The notes under the pieces were generated by a model. That model was not told the DNA's origin, did not search any database, and was given only the letters and a program-made list of their open reading frames with translations. From Acidimicrobiia bacterium (GTDB taxonomy: Bacteria > Actinomycetota > Acidimicrobiia > Spongiisociales > UBA5794), in contig QJWC01000079.1 of the NCBI GenBank assembly GCA_003235475.1, positions 15,335 to 79,334 of the forward strand: a DNA stretch of 64,000 nt, read 5' to 3'. Positions 1 to 9,271 of the stretch are shown here, in pieces. Every line of letters begins with the position of its first letter. Within the stretch, counting starts at the first letter, position 1. The translations under genes were made by a program, and so were the position numbers.

Positions 1-387
1 GACCTTCTGGACGGGGTTGAGCGCTGATGTCGGCTGCTGGAAGATCATCGCGATCTGATCGCCCCTGATCCCTCGGATCTCGTCATCGGAGATGCCCTTC
101 AGGTCCTGCCCGTCGAAGAGGATCTCACCGCTCACGACCTCGCCGGGCTTTGGGACGAGTCCCATGATTGAGAGGGAAGTCACCGACTTGCCACAACCCG
201 ACTCCCCGACAATGCCAAGGACCTCTCCCCGGTTGACGGTCAGGCTCACCCCGTCGACGGCCAGCACAACGCCATCTCTGGTGTCGAAGTGCGTTCGTAC
301 ATCGCGGAGCTCGAGGAGGGGATCCGAGCGGCGAGGCCGCGTGTCCGGGGGCACGATGGTGACAGCTGGCTCGGGTGCGGTCGTCAT
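1..387 (-). CDS. Peptide/nickel ABC transporter ATP-binding protein (DppD/OppD-like), N-terminal part; gene runs off the window start
   Basis: Own translation of the minus strand from the ATG at 387 gives [98 protein letters not shown]. It carries Walker [13 protein letters not shown] overlap with the stop of the upstream permease. Absent from the ORF track because there is no stop in the window. Confidence 0.85.
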   Translation of the reverse strand, partial: MTTAPEPAVTIVPPDTRPRRSDPLLELRDVRTHFDTRDGVVLAVDGVSLTVNRGEVLGIVGESGCGKSVTSLSIMGLVPKPGEVVSGEILFDGQDLKGISDDEIRGIRGDQIAMIFQQPTSALNPVQKV

Positions 388-1337
388 CGGTTCAAGGACG
401 GGTCGAGGGCGTCGCGCAGGCCGTCACCCATGAGGTTGAACCCGAGCACGGTGATCATGATGGCAAAGCCGGGGAAGAAGACCAGGTGCGGGGACGTGAA
501 CAGGTTGTTGCGCTCCGAAGCAAGCATCGTGCCCCACTCTGCGGTCGGGGGCTGAGCGCCGAGGCCGAGGAATGAGAGACCGGCGGCTTCGAGAATCGCC
601 GTCGCGACGCCGAGCGTCGCCAGGACGACAAGCGGCGTCATGGCGTTCGGTACCACGCGGCGCAGCAGTATCTGCCGTGCGTTCGCACCGAGGGCCCGCG
701 ACGCGGACACGAAGTCGGTCTCGCGAATGGACAGCACCTGTGCACGCATCACGCGCGCGTACGCAGGGATCGACACGATCGCGATGGCGATCAGGGCGTT
801 CTCGAGACCAGGCCCAAGGACGGCGACGATCGCGATCGCGAGCAACAGTGAGGGAAAGCCGAGGATCACATCCATGACGCGCATGATCACGTTGTCGAAC
901 CATCCCCCGATGTACCCCGCGAGAGCGCCGAGGGTGCTCCCGACCAGGAGGGCCAGCGTGACGGTGAAGAACCCGAGCGTGAGGCTGACACGGGCGCCGT
1001 GGATGATCCGAGAGAATTCGTCTCTCACGTTGCCGTCGGTTCCCATGATGTGTTGGGGCTTCTCAGGATCGCACCCGAGTATGTGGACGCACGGTTTCTC
1101 GCGAGGTCGGACGTCCTCCTTGCCGATGAGCACCTGATCGGGACCATACGGGGCGATGACGGGGGCGAAGATCGCCATGAGCACGAGAAGCGTGACGATC
1201 GACAGACCGATGACGCCGGACGTTCGGCCCATGAATCGACGGAACGTCAGGCCCCACTGGCCAGCTCCGCCGCTCTCGAGCAGATTCGCCTCGGTGGCAG
1301 CGACCTCGAAGGCCTCCACGGTCTTGCGAGACGTCAT
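384..1337 (-). CDS. Peptide ABC transporter permease (DppC/OppC-like)
   Basis: Internal ATG ([10 protein letters not shown]...) of the 493-aa track ORF. Multi-TM with an EAA-type loop: [32 protein letters not shown] overlap with the upstream permease at 1337. The 175-aa upstream extension is Arg/Pro/His-rich and not protein-like. Confidence 0.9.
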   Translation of the reverse strand: MTSRKTVEAFEVAATEANLLESGGAGQWGLTFRRFMGRTSGVIGLSIVTLLVLMAIFAPVIAPYGPDQVLIGKEDVRPREKPCVHILGCDPEKPQHIMGTDGNVRDEFSRIIHGARVSLTLGFFTVTLALLVGSTLGALAGYIGGWFDNVIMRVMDVILGFPSLLLAIAIVAVLGPGLENALIAIAIVSIPAYARVMRAQVLSIRETDFVSASRALGANARQILLRRVVPNAMTPLVVLATLGVATAILEAAGLSFLGLGAQPPTAEWGTMLASERNNLFTSPHLVFFPGFAIMITVLGFNLMGDGLRDALDPSLNR

Positions 1338-2416
1338 CACTTCACCCGTATTCGTGGGTCGAGGTAGCCGTATGAGAGGTCGACAAGCAGGTTCACGATC
1401 ACATAGATCGCGGCGATGAGCACGGTGAAGCCCTGCACGACGGCGTAGTCCCGTCCGGTGATCGCGTCGAAGAGCGCAGTGCCGATTCCAGCCAGCCGGA
1501 ACACGGTCTCCGTCAAGATTGCGCCGCCGAGCAATGCACCGAGCTGGAGACCGATGATGGTGACGACCGGAAGCATCGAGTTGCGAAGGGCGTGCAGTCC
1601 GACGACCCGCGACTCTTTGGCGCCCTTGGCTCGGGCGGTACGGATGTAGTCCTTGTTCATCGCCTCGAGCAGTGAGCTGCGGGTGATGCGGGCGATGATC
1701 GCCATGGGGATGGTGCTCAGGGCGACGGCCGGGAGGATCATGTGGCGGACGGCGTCCTTCCACACGTCCCACTGGGCAGTGATGAAGCTGTTGAAGATGA
1801 CGTGGTTCCCGATGTACTCGTGGAACTTCGACCAGAAGGTGCCGTCCTGGAGATGCCAGCCCCATGCCTCGTAGTAGGGGATGGAGAAGACCCCTGCGGT
1901 CAATCGACCTGAGGGAGGTAACTCGAGGGGTGTCCCCCTGAACACGACGGCAAAGAGATAGGCCAGCATGAGACCGAGCCAGAACACGGGCATCGACACG
2001 CCAATGTTGGCAAATGCCATGGTCGCGCTGTCGATGATCGAGTTGTGTTTGCGGGCAGAGATGATGCCGAGGGGCACGCCGACGGCGATGGAGATCACGA
2101 GCGCGGAGAGCGCGAGTTCAGTGGTCGTGGGAAGACGCTCGATGATGAGTTGTGTGACGGGGCGGGAAAAGCGGACCGATTCGCCGAGATTCAACGTCAC
2201 GATGTTCTTCATGTAGATGCCGAGTTGGACGATCACCGGCTCATTCAGGCCGTTCGCCTCGTTGAAGCGTTCGCACGCCTCGACCGTGGCTCGCTCGCCG
2301 AGCATCGCAGTACAAGGGTCGCCGGGGATCGCCCGGATGAGGAAGAACACGACGAGAACGATCCCGATGAGAACCGGGACGGCCAACATGGTTCGTCGTG
2401 AAATGAAACTCAGCAC
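1337..2416 (-). CDS. Peptide ABC transporter permease (DppB/OppB-like)
   Basis: N-terminus VLSFISRRTMLAVPVLIGIVLVVFFLIRAIPGDP is the typical DppB/OppB start. EAA region is YIRTARAKGAKESRVVGLHALRNSMLPVV. GTG at 2416 is preferred over the ATG at 2482, so the exact start is uncertain. Confidence 0.88.
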   Translation of the reverse strand: MLSFISRRTMLAVPVLIGIVLVVFFLIRAIPGDPCTAMLGERATVEACERFNEANGLNEPVIVQLGIYMKNIVTLNLGESVRFSRPVTQLIIERLPTTTELALSALVISIAVGVPLGIISARKHNSIIDSATMAFANIGVSMPVFWLGLMLAYLFAVVFRGTPLELPPSGRLTAGVFSIPYYEAWGWHLQDGTFWSKFHEYIGNHVIFNSFITAQWDVWKDAVRHMILPAVALSTIPMAIIARITRSSLLEAMNKDYIRTARAKGAKESRVVGLHALRNSMLPVVTIIGLQLGALLGGAILTETVFRLAGIGTALFDAITGRDYAVVQGFTVLIAAIYVIVNLLVDLSYGYLDPRIRVK

Positions 2417-2500
2417 TAGGTGGCCAGACGATGGATGGGCGGTTGATAGAGGGTGGGGGAGGCGTTGCCGCCTCCCCCACACCTACATGGATCGTGGAGA

Positions 2501-4198
2501 TCAGCCTTCAGCGTCGATCAGGCCGTTCCACAGGTACGAGTAGTAGTCAAACGTACCGCTGTTGCCCGTATGGAGCGGACTCGAAGCGACAAGACCGGCC
2601 TCGAACGAAGCAAGGACGTCGTTCGCATCGAACGTCGAACCGTCGTGGAACACCACGCCCTGGCGGAGCGTGCAGGTCCACACGGAAAGGTCGTCGTTCG
2701 GAACGCACTCGGTCGCGAGCTGCGGCTGCACGTCACCTGACGGGGTGTACGAGTACAACGCCTCGACAACCTGCGCACATGCCCGGAGGGACTCACCGTC
2801 CGACTCGTCGGCGCAGTACAACGAGATCGGCTCGTTGCCCTGCACGAAGACGAGTGTGTCCGTGCCGTTGTCCCACAGGTTGAACAACACCTGACCCCAT
2901 GGCGGGGCATAGGCGCCTTCGACATTCGACGTGGTCGCGAATGCGGTGGCCCCGTGGGCGATCGGAACCATCGGAACGAGTTCCTTGATCGCGTTGTTCG
3001 CCTGCTCGTAGAGCGGACCTGCAACGGCAGAATCCGGCGTCTGCGATGCCTCCGTGAGGAGGTCGTAGATCTCCGGATGTCCGTTACCGAACTGCACGAC
3101 GCCGTCACCGAAGTGGAAGTCGAGGAAGTTCGTGATGTGCGGGTAGTCACCCGTCCATCCCAGCAGGTGGATGCCGTCGCACTGTCCTGCGCTCGAGCAC
3201 TGCTGGATGAACTCTCCGGACTCCATCTGGACGATCTCCGCGTCGATGTTCAGGGTCTCCTTGAGCTGGGCCTGAATGTCGGCGGCGACGTTCCCCGGAG
3301 TTGGCAGGTAGCCGCGGGTCACATCACGGTAGAAGATCTTCGTCGAGAATCCGTCCGCGAGACCTGCCTCGGCAAGCAATGCCTTTGCAGCCTCTACGTC
3401 CTGGTCGTACCAGGAATCGCCTTCGCATCCGAACTGCACCGAGCAGGGAGTGAAGTGCGAAGCGACTTCAGACCCCGGCGGGTAGAACGTGTCGATGATT
3501 CGCTGACGATCCATCGCGAGCGCAATTGCCTTGCGGACCCTCACATCGTCGAAGGGCGGGAAAATGTCCGTGAAGCCCATGTAGAAGATGTTCGGTTCCG
3601 GCTTGTTGAGCAACACGAGGTTCGGATCGGCTTCGATGACAGCGAAGTCCTCGGGGCCGGGGAACGTCATGCCGTCTGCCGCGCCGCTTTGCAGCTCGAG
3701 CAGTCGTCCTGCACTCTCCGTAGCCCACTTGAGTACGGCGGTCTGGTGCGGTGCAACTTGGCCGTAGTAGGCGTCGTTGCGCTCGAACACGACGGAATCG
3801 CCGCGCACCCACTCCTTGAGCGAGTACGGGCCCGTACCGACGGGGTCGCCGATGGGCGCGCCACCGGTTGCCTCGAGGTGTTCCTCGGGCTGGATGCCGA
3901 ACACGCTGAACGCGATCTGTGCGAGGAACGCGGGGTGCGGACCACACAGGTCGAACTCGACCGTGAACTCGTCGACGGCCGTGATCTTCTCGACGCGGCC
4001 GCCGTAGTCACAGCCACCTGCATCGATCACGCGGCCCACGAAATCGGGGTCGGGTGCTCGGGTCGTGGTCGTCGTTGTCTCCTGGACGGTCGTAGTTGTT
4101 GCTTGCGTCGTCGTGGTATCGCCACCACTGTTCGAACACGCAGCTGCAACAAGTGCCAGCGCCAGAAGCAAGACGAACCAGATGTGTCTTTGCTTCAT
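2501..4198 (-). CDS. ABC transporter substrate-binding lipoprotein, family 5 (peptide/nickel)
   Basis: 565 aa. Lipobox signal MKQRHIWFVLLLALALVAAAC followed by a Thr-rich linker. Length, position upstream of two permeases and an ATPase, and family-5-like sequence (NDAYYG..., FYMGF...) support the call. Confidence 0.88.
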   Translation of the reverse strand: MKQRHIWFVLLLALALVAAACSNSGGDTTTTQATTTTVQETTTTTTRAPDPDFVGRVIDAGGCDYGGRVEKITAVDEFTVEFDLCGPHPAFLAQIAFSVFGIQPEEHLEATGGAPIGDPVGTGPYSLKEWVRGDSVVFERNDAYYGQVAPHQTAVLKWATESAGRLLELQSGAADGMTFPGPEDFAVIEADPNLVLLNKPEPNIFYMGFTDIFPPFDDVRVRKAIALAMDRQRIIDTFYPPGSEVASHFTPCSVQFGCEGDSWYDQDVEAAKALLAEAGLADGFSTKIFYRDVTRGYLPTPGNVAADIQAQLKETLNIDAEIVQMESGEFIQQCSSAGQCDGIHLLGWTGDYPHITNFLDFHFGDGVVQFGNGHPEIYDLLTEASQTPDSAVAGPLYEQANNAIKELVPMVPIAHGATAFATTSNVEGAYAPPWGQVLFNLWDNGTDTLVFVQGNEPISLYCADESDGESLRACAQVVEALYSYTPSGDVQPQLATECVPNDDLSVWTCTLRQGVVFHDGSTFDANDVLASFEAGLVASSPLHTGNSGTFDYYSYLWNGLIDAEG

Positions 4199-4287
4199 GT
4201 TTTCCTCCCGGATTGTCGGACATCACCGATGTGGTTCGTCGGTATGTCACCCGCAACCTAGCCAGTTTTTGCACGGCATGGGGAACA

Positions 4288-4330
4288 ATTCGTTACGAAT
4301 CTTCTTAACACGACAACAACTATTCGTTAC
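4288..4330. promoter_or_regulatory. Candidate operator repeats in the AT-rich leader of the peptide ABC operon
   Basis: The 9-mer ATTCGTTAC occurs at 4288-4296 and 4322-4330. The first copy is embedded in the near-palindrome ATTCGTTACGAAT (arms ATTCG/CGAAT). Both lie 90-130 nt upstream of the SBP start codon (4198, minus strand) in the most AT-rich stretch of the region. Confidence 0.3.
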
Positions 4331-4393
4331 CTCGACGATTGGTGGCGTCGGGAGTCAGCCGCAGACGAGGGTCGGTATGCTTCCGTCGTTCCG

Positions 4394-4467
4394 GGGGGTG
4401 TAGCTCAGTCCGGCAGAGCGCCACGTTCGCAACGTGGAAGCCACGGGTTCAAATCCCGTCACCTCCA
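4394..4467 (+). tRNA. tRNA-Ala (anticodon CGC)
   Basis: Hand-folded 74-nt cloverleaf. Acceptor GGGGGTG/CACCTCC with G3:U70; D stem GCTC/GAGC; anticodon stem CCACG/CGTGG with loop TTCGCAA (CGC); T arm ACGGG-TTCAAAT-CCCGT; discriminator A. CCA is not fully encoded (ACC then T). Confidence 0.95.
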
Positions 4468-4841
4468 CCTGTTCATGCGGTCGATCGCGCACCTTCGAGT
4501 CACGCACAGTGCCGCGTCGTGTGACGCCCAAGTTGGAGAGGAGTGAGGGATGGTGGCGTGGTAAAGCTGCCACATCCCCTCGAATCCTCTGCGGCAGTGA
4601 ACTCCGACGTCATCGAACTGATATCGCGATCAAATGGGCCGCTCGCTGATCGTGGTCCTCGTGCACACAGCACCGCTCGGCGCTACCTGTTGGACCCTCA
4701 CGGCGGGATATGAGGTGGCTCCAGACAGGTCTGTTCCCCTGACTTCCACCACACCCGCTTGTATGTGGGACGGATGTCGATATTCGCCGTCGAGAGTTCA
4801 CTCTCCGCTCGGAGCCCGTTCGTGTGTCCGACGGGGTGTTG

Positions 4842-5585
4842 TTACTGGGTCGTGATGAGTCTGTCGCGGCGGAAGCGGACTGTTCCGACCGTCAGCAATG
4901 CCACGTCGATCGCCAGGAGTGTGAGGGCGACGACGAGCAACATCAACGCAGGATCCACATCGCGCAGTATCTCCTGCGGCCCCCACTCCGGCCACCTGTT
5001 CGCGACGAGGAGCAGAACCGGACCGAGCAACAGAGGAACCGAGAAGAGCATCGCAGCAAGTGTCTGCTGGGCTTGCTGAACCGTCACGGACCGCAGTGAG
5101 GTGACGACTCCTACTGATACTGCTAGGACCGCAACGAGGAGGCTGACCAGGAGATTCGCTGCAAGTAGCAGCGGGGTGAGCATCAGCAGGCCGCCATCGG
5201 CGTTGGCAATGTTGACAGCAACCGTTGCTATCAGGAGGGTTACGAGTGCGAAAACCCACGCCAGGGCGACGTTGAACGCGACTTTGCCGAAGAGGATCCC
5301 TCGATCCGAAAGTGGGCTGGTGAGCAGCGTCGACAGCGTGCGGCGTTCCTTCTCGCCGGCGAAGGAGTCCGGTGTCGTGAACATGGCGAGGAGCATGGGC
5401 ACGAATACGGCGATGAAGAGCGAGTCGGGTTGACGGACCCAATCCGGGCCGGCGCTCAAAGGCGTGTAGAGGCCAAAGACTCCGATGGGGACTCCGATGG
5501 TGAACAGTATTCGGGTCCGGCTGCCGGGCTGGCGAACCACGGCTCTGCGCTCCTTCCAGACCACGGTTGCGATTTCGTGGATCAC
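4842..5585 (-). CDS. ABC-2 type transporter permease
   Basis: 247 aa with about six hydrophobic segments. 4-nt overlap with the upstream ABC ATPase gene. No closer family assignment is possible by eye. Confidence 0.7.
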   Translation of the reverse strand: MIHEIATVVWKERRAVVRQPGSRTRILFTIGVPIGVFGLYTPLSAGPDWVRQPDSLFIAVFVPMLLAMFTTPDSFAGEKERRTLSTLLTSPLSDRGILFGKVAFNVALAWVFALVTLLIATVAVNIANADGGLLMLTPLLLAANLLVSLLVAVLAVSVGVVTSLRSVTVQQAQQTLAAMLFSVPLLLGPVLLLVANRWPEWGPQEILRDVDPALMLLVVALTLLAIDVALLTVGTVRFRRDRLITTQ

Positions 5586-6535
5586 GGCGCGTCCTCCTGC
5601 ATGAGCGTGATGAACGCCTCTTCGAGGCTCGCTCTCGATTTGTTGACTTCCTCGACCTCTGCACCAGCACCGACCAGAATCTGAACCAACGGTGCCACAT
5701 TCATCGACTGTGCAAGATCGACAATGAGTCGGCCGTCTTCAATGCTGGTTCCAACCACGCCGGGATGGGCGACAAGTCGGCGCTGAGCTTCGACGGTGAA
5801 GCCCCGCCCGATCACTTCTACCCGAGGGCTGGTCTTGGATCGCAGAACGTCTGGATCACCCACAGCAACGAGTTCCCCGGCCCGGATGACTCCTATCTGG
5901 TCGCATAGCCGCTCCGCCTCGACCATGTTGTGAGTGGTCAGGAAGATGGTGACGCCCGCTTGAGAGGCGAGACCGGCCAGGTCCTCTCGGACGTCCGCGG
6001 CTGCCATGACGTCGAGACCGGACGTTGGTTCGTCGAGAAACACCACTTTCGGCTGGTGGAGAAGTGCCCGATTCAGCGCCAGCCGCCGCTTCATGCCCCG
6101 GCTCCACGTTCCAACCCGATCGGTGCGCCGCTCCCACAACCCCAGGTGAGTGAGAAGCTCCTCAATGCGAGTTCTCAACTTCTGAGGGGGAAGATGCCAA
6201 ACCCGTCCATAGAACTCGAGGTTCTCCTCCACGGTGAGCTGGTCATATAGGCCGTCGTCGTCGAGCAACGCTCCCGTATGCGCACGAACCTCATCCGGAT
6301 GCTCAACTGTGTCAAAGCCCAACACCGCTGCTCTGCCGCTCGTTGGAGGCAGCAGACCCAACAACAGATTGATCGTGGTTGTCTTGCCGGCGCCGTTCGG
6401 TCCCAAGAACCCAAAGATCGACCCCATGGGAACCTCAAACGAGACGTGATCGACCGCCCTCGTCTGACCAAAGTCACGAGTCAGACTCTCCACGCGAATC
6501 GCTGGCTCGGCCACCCGGCACTCGTTTCCCGTCAT
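5582..6535 (-). CDS. ABC transporter ATP-binding protein (exporter type, partner of the ABC-2 permease)
   Basis: Walker A GPNGAGKTTT. Signature and Walker B region WSRGMKRRLALNRALLHQPKVVFLDEPTSGLD, then H-loop TTHNM. Start taken at MTGNECRV (6535); the track ORF extends to 6571. Confidence 0.9.
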   Translation of the reverse strand: MTGNECRVAEPAIRVESLTRDFGQTRAVDHVSFEVPMGSIFGFLGPNGAGKTTTINLLLGLLPPTSGRAAVLGFDTVEHPDEVRAHTGALLDDDGLYDQLTVEENLEFYGRVWHLPPQKLRTRIEELLTHLGLWERRTDRVGTWSRGMKRRLALNRALLHQPKVVFLDEPTSGLDVMAAADVREDLAGLASQAGVTIFLTTHNMVEAERLCDQIGVIRAGELVAVGDPDVLRSKTSPRVEVIGRGFTVEAQRRLVAHPGVVGTSIEDGRLIVDLAQSMNVAPLVQILVGAGAEVEEVNKSRASLEEAFITLMQEDAP

Positions 6536-6744
6536 CCTGCCCTCGCCTCGAAGCGGCTGACGGCTTCGCAACCTCAGGCTACGCCCGTTCCACCGATCGG
6601 CATAGAGCCAAAGATCAAGTCTGGGTAGCTAACGCCTTCGCAAACGATCCACATGGCTCAGCCACTTGGATGCCGGTTGGCAACGAGCCGCTCTGTGATC
6701 ACAGCAACCCGCACAAATCGGCACATATGGGCGGGCTGGATTGA

Positions 6745-6823
6745 GGGGGGTTGACACGCGCTCAGAGCGTTAGCGCACCACGTTCGCATCACAGGGCTAC
6801 GGGTTCAAATTCCGCCACGTCCA
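6745..6823 (+). pseudogene. Decayed tRNA-Ala-like sequence (tRNA remnant, probably non-functional)
   Basis: Its 3' two-thirds aligns with the tRNA-Ala at 4394-4467: identical CCACGTTCGCA and ACGGGTTCAAAT blocks, and CACGTCCA versus CACCTCCA at the acceptor end. However, the anticodon stem cannot pair (CCACG versus CACAG). The D-loop region is rearranged. The T stem has G53:U61 plus an A:C mismatch. No 5' strand complements the 3' acceptor. Confidence 0.55.
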
Positions 6824-6847
6824 TCGACGACTCAGCGAGGTTGGCGG

Positions 6848-8734
6848 TCATCCGATGCGGGACCACGACACAGCCAGAGTGTCTTTCCACTCGATAGCGA
6901 GGCGATCGCCTTGACACTCGAAGTTCGTAGGTGACGTGGGGATCACGTACTGACCCGCCATGGCCGGGGGAAGGTCTGACGCGCTGATCTGAATGTCCTC
7001 GGAAATCGACAGCTCCGCCACGGTTGTCTCGTACCCGCCGACGCTCAGATCGAGGAGGGTCCCGGCGATCTGCCAGCTTCCCGCGACCTCGCCGCTGATC
7101 GTCCGGTACATGTCGACGATGAAGTCCTCGACGAGTTCGTGCGTGATGCCGTACGTCCATTGATCGAACGTGTAGGTGAAGGTTCCACCTTCGTCGACTT
7201 CCAACACGAGAGACCCCGCTGAGAAGTCGCCCTGGATCGAGAAGAACTCGAGCCGCTCGTACGCGTAGATTGCCGCCGCATCGCCTCCGTTCACCGCCCA
7301 GGTACCGACGATGCACTGGCTGCTGGACGCCGCGGCTGTCGTCGTCGTGGAAGGTTCCTCGTCGTTGTCGTGGTAGGCAACCGTGATCGACGTGGATCCC
7401 TTGATTCGGACCAGGTCCGTGAGGGCATCGAGGATCGGGTCGGTGAGCTGGGTGAACAAGGCAGACACGATTCCCTCGAGCGGGCCGCTCGGGATCTCGC
7501 CGATGATCAAATTCACGATCATCGACCTGAGCTCTTCGACCTGTTCGAGTTCGACGAACGCCGTGTATGAGACGGTGCCCTCCAGTTCGTCTCCGTCGTC
7601 GGAATCCTCGCGCCCCGTGACCCAATCGACGGTCGCCATGTTGTCGGCATCGAGCGACGTCACGACTTCCGTCACCGATCCGAATTCGGGAATCCCCTTC
7701 TCCCGCCAGCTGATCGAGGAGCCCTCTGCACGAGTCGGATCCGGCAACGTCAAACCGGCGACGGTGGCGCAATCCTCGATCGCGGCCGGCCACTCGACGT
7801 CATACCCGGGATCCGCGGTCGCGACGACCTGCTCCTGAACATTGGGTTCGCCGCCAACCGCGAACCTCGTGGAGGCATTGCTCGGCTCGAGGTCGAGATT
7901 CCACGGTTGCAGCGTGGACGCGATCATGGAAAGCGTCCCGACGATGGCGAGCGCGCCGGCGATCGCCTCGACGACAGGTGCGATGAGGGTCTCGACGAGC
8001 CCTTCGACGATCCCGCGTGCGAGATCCACGGCAGCGTTCCAGATGGTTCCCAACCATCCGAGGAACCCGTCGTCCTCCACTGACACCTTGAGTGACTCGA
8101 ACAGGAAGTCGAGGACCCTGTTGAACCAGCCAGCCAGTGTCGAACAGACGCCCGTTTGGGCAAGCGCGGCTGGTACGGCATTGGGCTGAGGGATCTGGCC
8201 GAGAGAAGCCCCTGTCGCGGTGGCCGCGCCTCCGGCTTGCAGCGCGTCCGCGACGAACAATGTCAGCACGGCCGTCGGAAACACCAGAGAGGGGGCCTGC
8301 TCCCATTGTTGGTGTCCCATGAGGCCCTTCGCGGTCTCGGCCGCGGGGGTAGGAGCCGAGGTGAGCCAGCCGGCGAGCAGATACGAGAACGGTATGCCGC
8401 CCGGCGAACTGGTCAGGTCGTCGAGGTCGCTTCCGAGATATCCGCTTCCCTCCTCGAGTTCCCGAACGAGGTTCTCGACTTGATACGACCAGAGTTGAAG
8501 ACCTTCGACGGAGGCGCTCCCGACATCGTCGACGACGCTCACTCCGAGCGGTCCGAGGGCATCCCGGAATGCCGATGCAGGCAACCGATCGTCGACATCG
8601 GCTTGAGTCGTGGACGAAGGAGTCGTGGAACCGGCGTCCGATGCTGGATCATCCGAGGATGAGCACGCAGTGGCGAACAAGGCGAACGTGACCAGAACCA
8701 GGGAAAGCCGACGAATGCCCCTCATGACCTCCAT
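6848..8734 (-). CDS. Large secreted lipoprotein, function unknown
   Basis: 628 aa. Signal and lipobox MRGIRRLSLVLVTFALFATAC followed by an S/T/D-rich linker, with a second Thr-rich linker (PSTTTTAAASSS) before the C-terminal ~150 aa. No motif recognised. Start may be 8734 or 8725. Confidence 0.75.
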   Translation of the reverse strand: MEVMRGIRRLSLVLVTFALFATACSSSDDPASDAGSTTPSSTTQADVDDRLPASAFRDALGPLGVSVVDDVGSASVEGLQLWSYQVENLVRELEEGSGYLGSDLDDLTSSPGGIPFSYLLAGWLTSAPTPAAETAKGLMGHQQWEQAPSLVFPTAVLTLFVADALQAGGAATATGASLGQIPQPNAVPAALAQTGVCSTLAGWFNRVLDFLFESLKVSVEDDGFLGWLGTIWNAAVDLARGIVEGLVETLIAPVVEAIAGALAIVGTLSMIASTLQPWNLDLEPSNASTRFAVGGEPNVQEQVVATADPGYDVEWPAAIEDCATVAGLTLPDPTRAEGSSISWREKGIPEFGSVTEVVTSLDADNMATVDWVTGREDSDDGDELEGTVSYTAFVELEQVEELRSMIVNLIIGEIPSGPLEGIVSALFTQLTDPILDALTDLVRIKGSTSITVAYHDNDEEPSTTTTAAASSSQCIVGTWAVNGGDAAAIYAYERLEFFSIQGDFSAGSLVLEVDEGGTFTYTFDQWTYGITHELVEDFIVDMYRTISGEVAGSWQIAGTLLDLSVGGYETTVAELSISEDIQISASDLPPAMAGQYVIPTSPTNFECQGDRLAIEWKDTLAVSWSRIG

Positions 8735-8944
8735 CCGTGTTGTCGCCTCGACAACCTAGCCGCAGCATCCGATCGCGTCATCTCGATGGTTCGGACCCCT
8801 AGGTGAGTCGACTCCTCGGTCGACCGAATGGTTCGCGGGCGTCGGCCGAACGTTGACATCGGTTGGGCACGGATGATTCGTGCCGGTAGCCTCAGCCGCG
8901 GCACAAAAGGCGGGCCGTTCGCGGATCGAGACACAGGAGACAAC

Positions 8945-9250
8945 GTGGCAAAGGGATCATTCAGCGGGACATCGAACATGTCGGTTGCAGACGCCATGGC
9001 TGCCGCCCGCAGTTTCGCTGCGGAAGTCGGGTACTCCGTCGCCGAGGGCGAAAGTGGGCCGACGCGGCTCGTCTTCAAGAAGGGTGCATCCCTCTTCTCG
9101 TGGGGTTCGACGTTCACACTCGATTTCGACGAAGTGTCCGCGTCGGAGACCAAGGTCACCATTGACACGCACGAGCCCTTCATGGCGACGGATTGGGGTC
9201 GTGGCAAAAGGGCGGCAGCACGTTTCCTCGAAGCACTCGGGACGAATTAG
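8945..9250 (+). CDS. Small hypothetical protein (about 101 aa)
   Basis: GTG at 8945 is preceded by AGGAGA at 5-nt spacing. Coding-like composition, unlike the upstream part of the 140-aa track ORF. No signal peptide and no recognised motif. Alternative ATG at 8978. Confidence 0.55.
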   Translation: MAKGSFSGTSNMSVADAMAAARSFAAEVGYSVAEGESGPTRLVFKKGASLFSWGSTFTLDFDEVSASETKVTIDTHEPFMATDWGRGKRAAARFLEALGTN

Positions 9251-9271
9251 GGAAGCTTCGTCGATCGAAGC

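Noticed and set aside
384-1865. Full 493-aa version of the permease ORF, and similar long N-terminal extensions at 26409-27608, 15330-16046, 33032-34498, 39333-40277, 30180-31439, 53488-54756 and 58662-59966
   Set aside because: The extensions overlap the preceding real gene, are Arg/Pro/Ser/His-rich, and precede a conserved family N-terminus. That N-terminus starts at an internal ATG/GTG, often within an ATGA/GTGA overlap.
2954-4261. 435-aa plus-strand ORF
   Set aside because: It is antisense to the family-5 substrate-binding lipoprotein. Its product is Arg/Val/Glu/Asp-rich with no motif.
4468-4841. Integrase or mobile-element remnant expected next to the tRNA-Ala 3' end
   Set aside because: None of the six-frame products (three track ORFs of 63-73 aa) shows tyrosine- or serine-recombinase motifs or coding-like composition. 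Only an imperfect hairpin (about 4546-4582) is visible. No mobile element can be supported.
6745-6823. Possible functional second tRNA-Ala
   Set aside because: The anticodon stem cannot pair. No 5' acceptor strand complements the 3' strand. The D arm is rearranged and the T stem carries a mismatch plus G:U at 53:61. It is kept only as a remnant or pseudogene.
6789-7793. 334-aa alternative-frame ORF inside the 628-aa lipoprotein gene (same strand)
   Set aside because: Its product is Arg/Gly/His-rich. The overlapping frame has a lipobox signal and protein-like composition over its full length.
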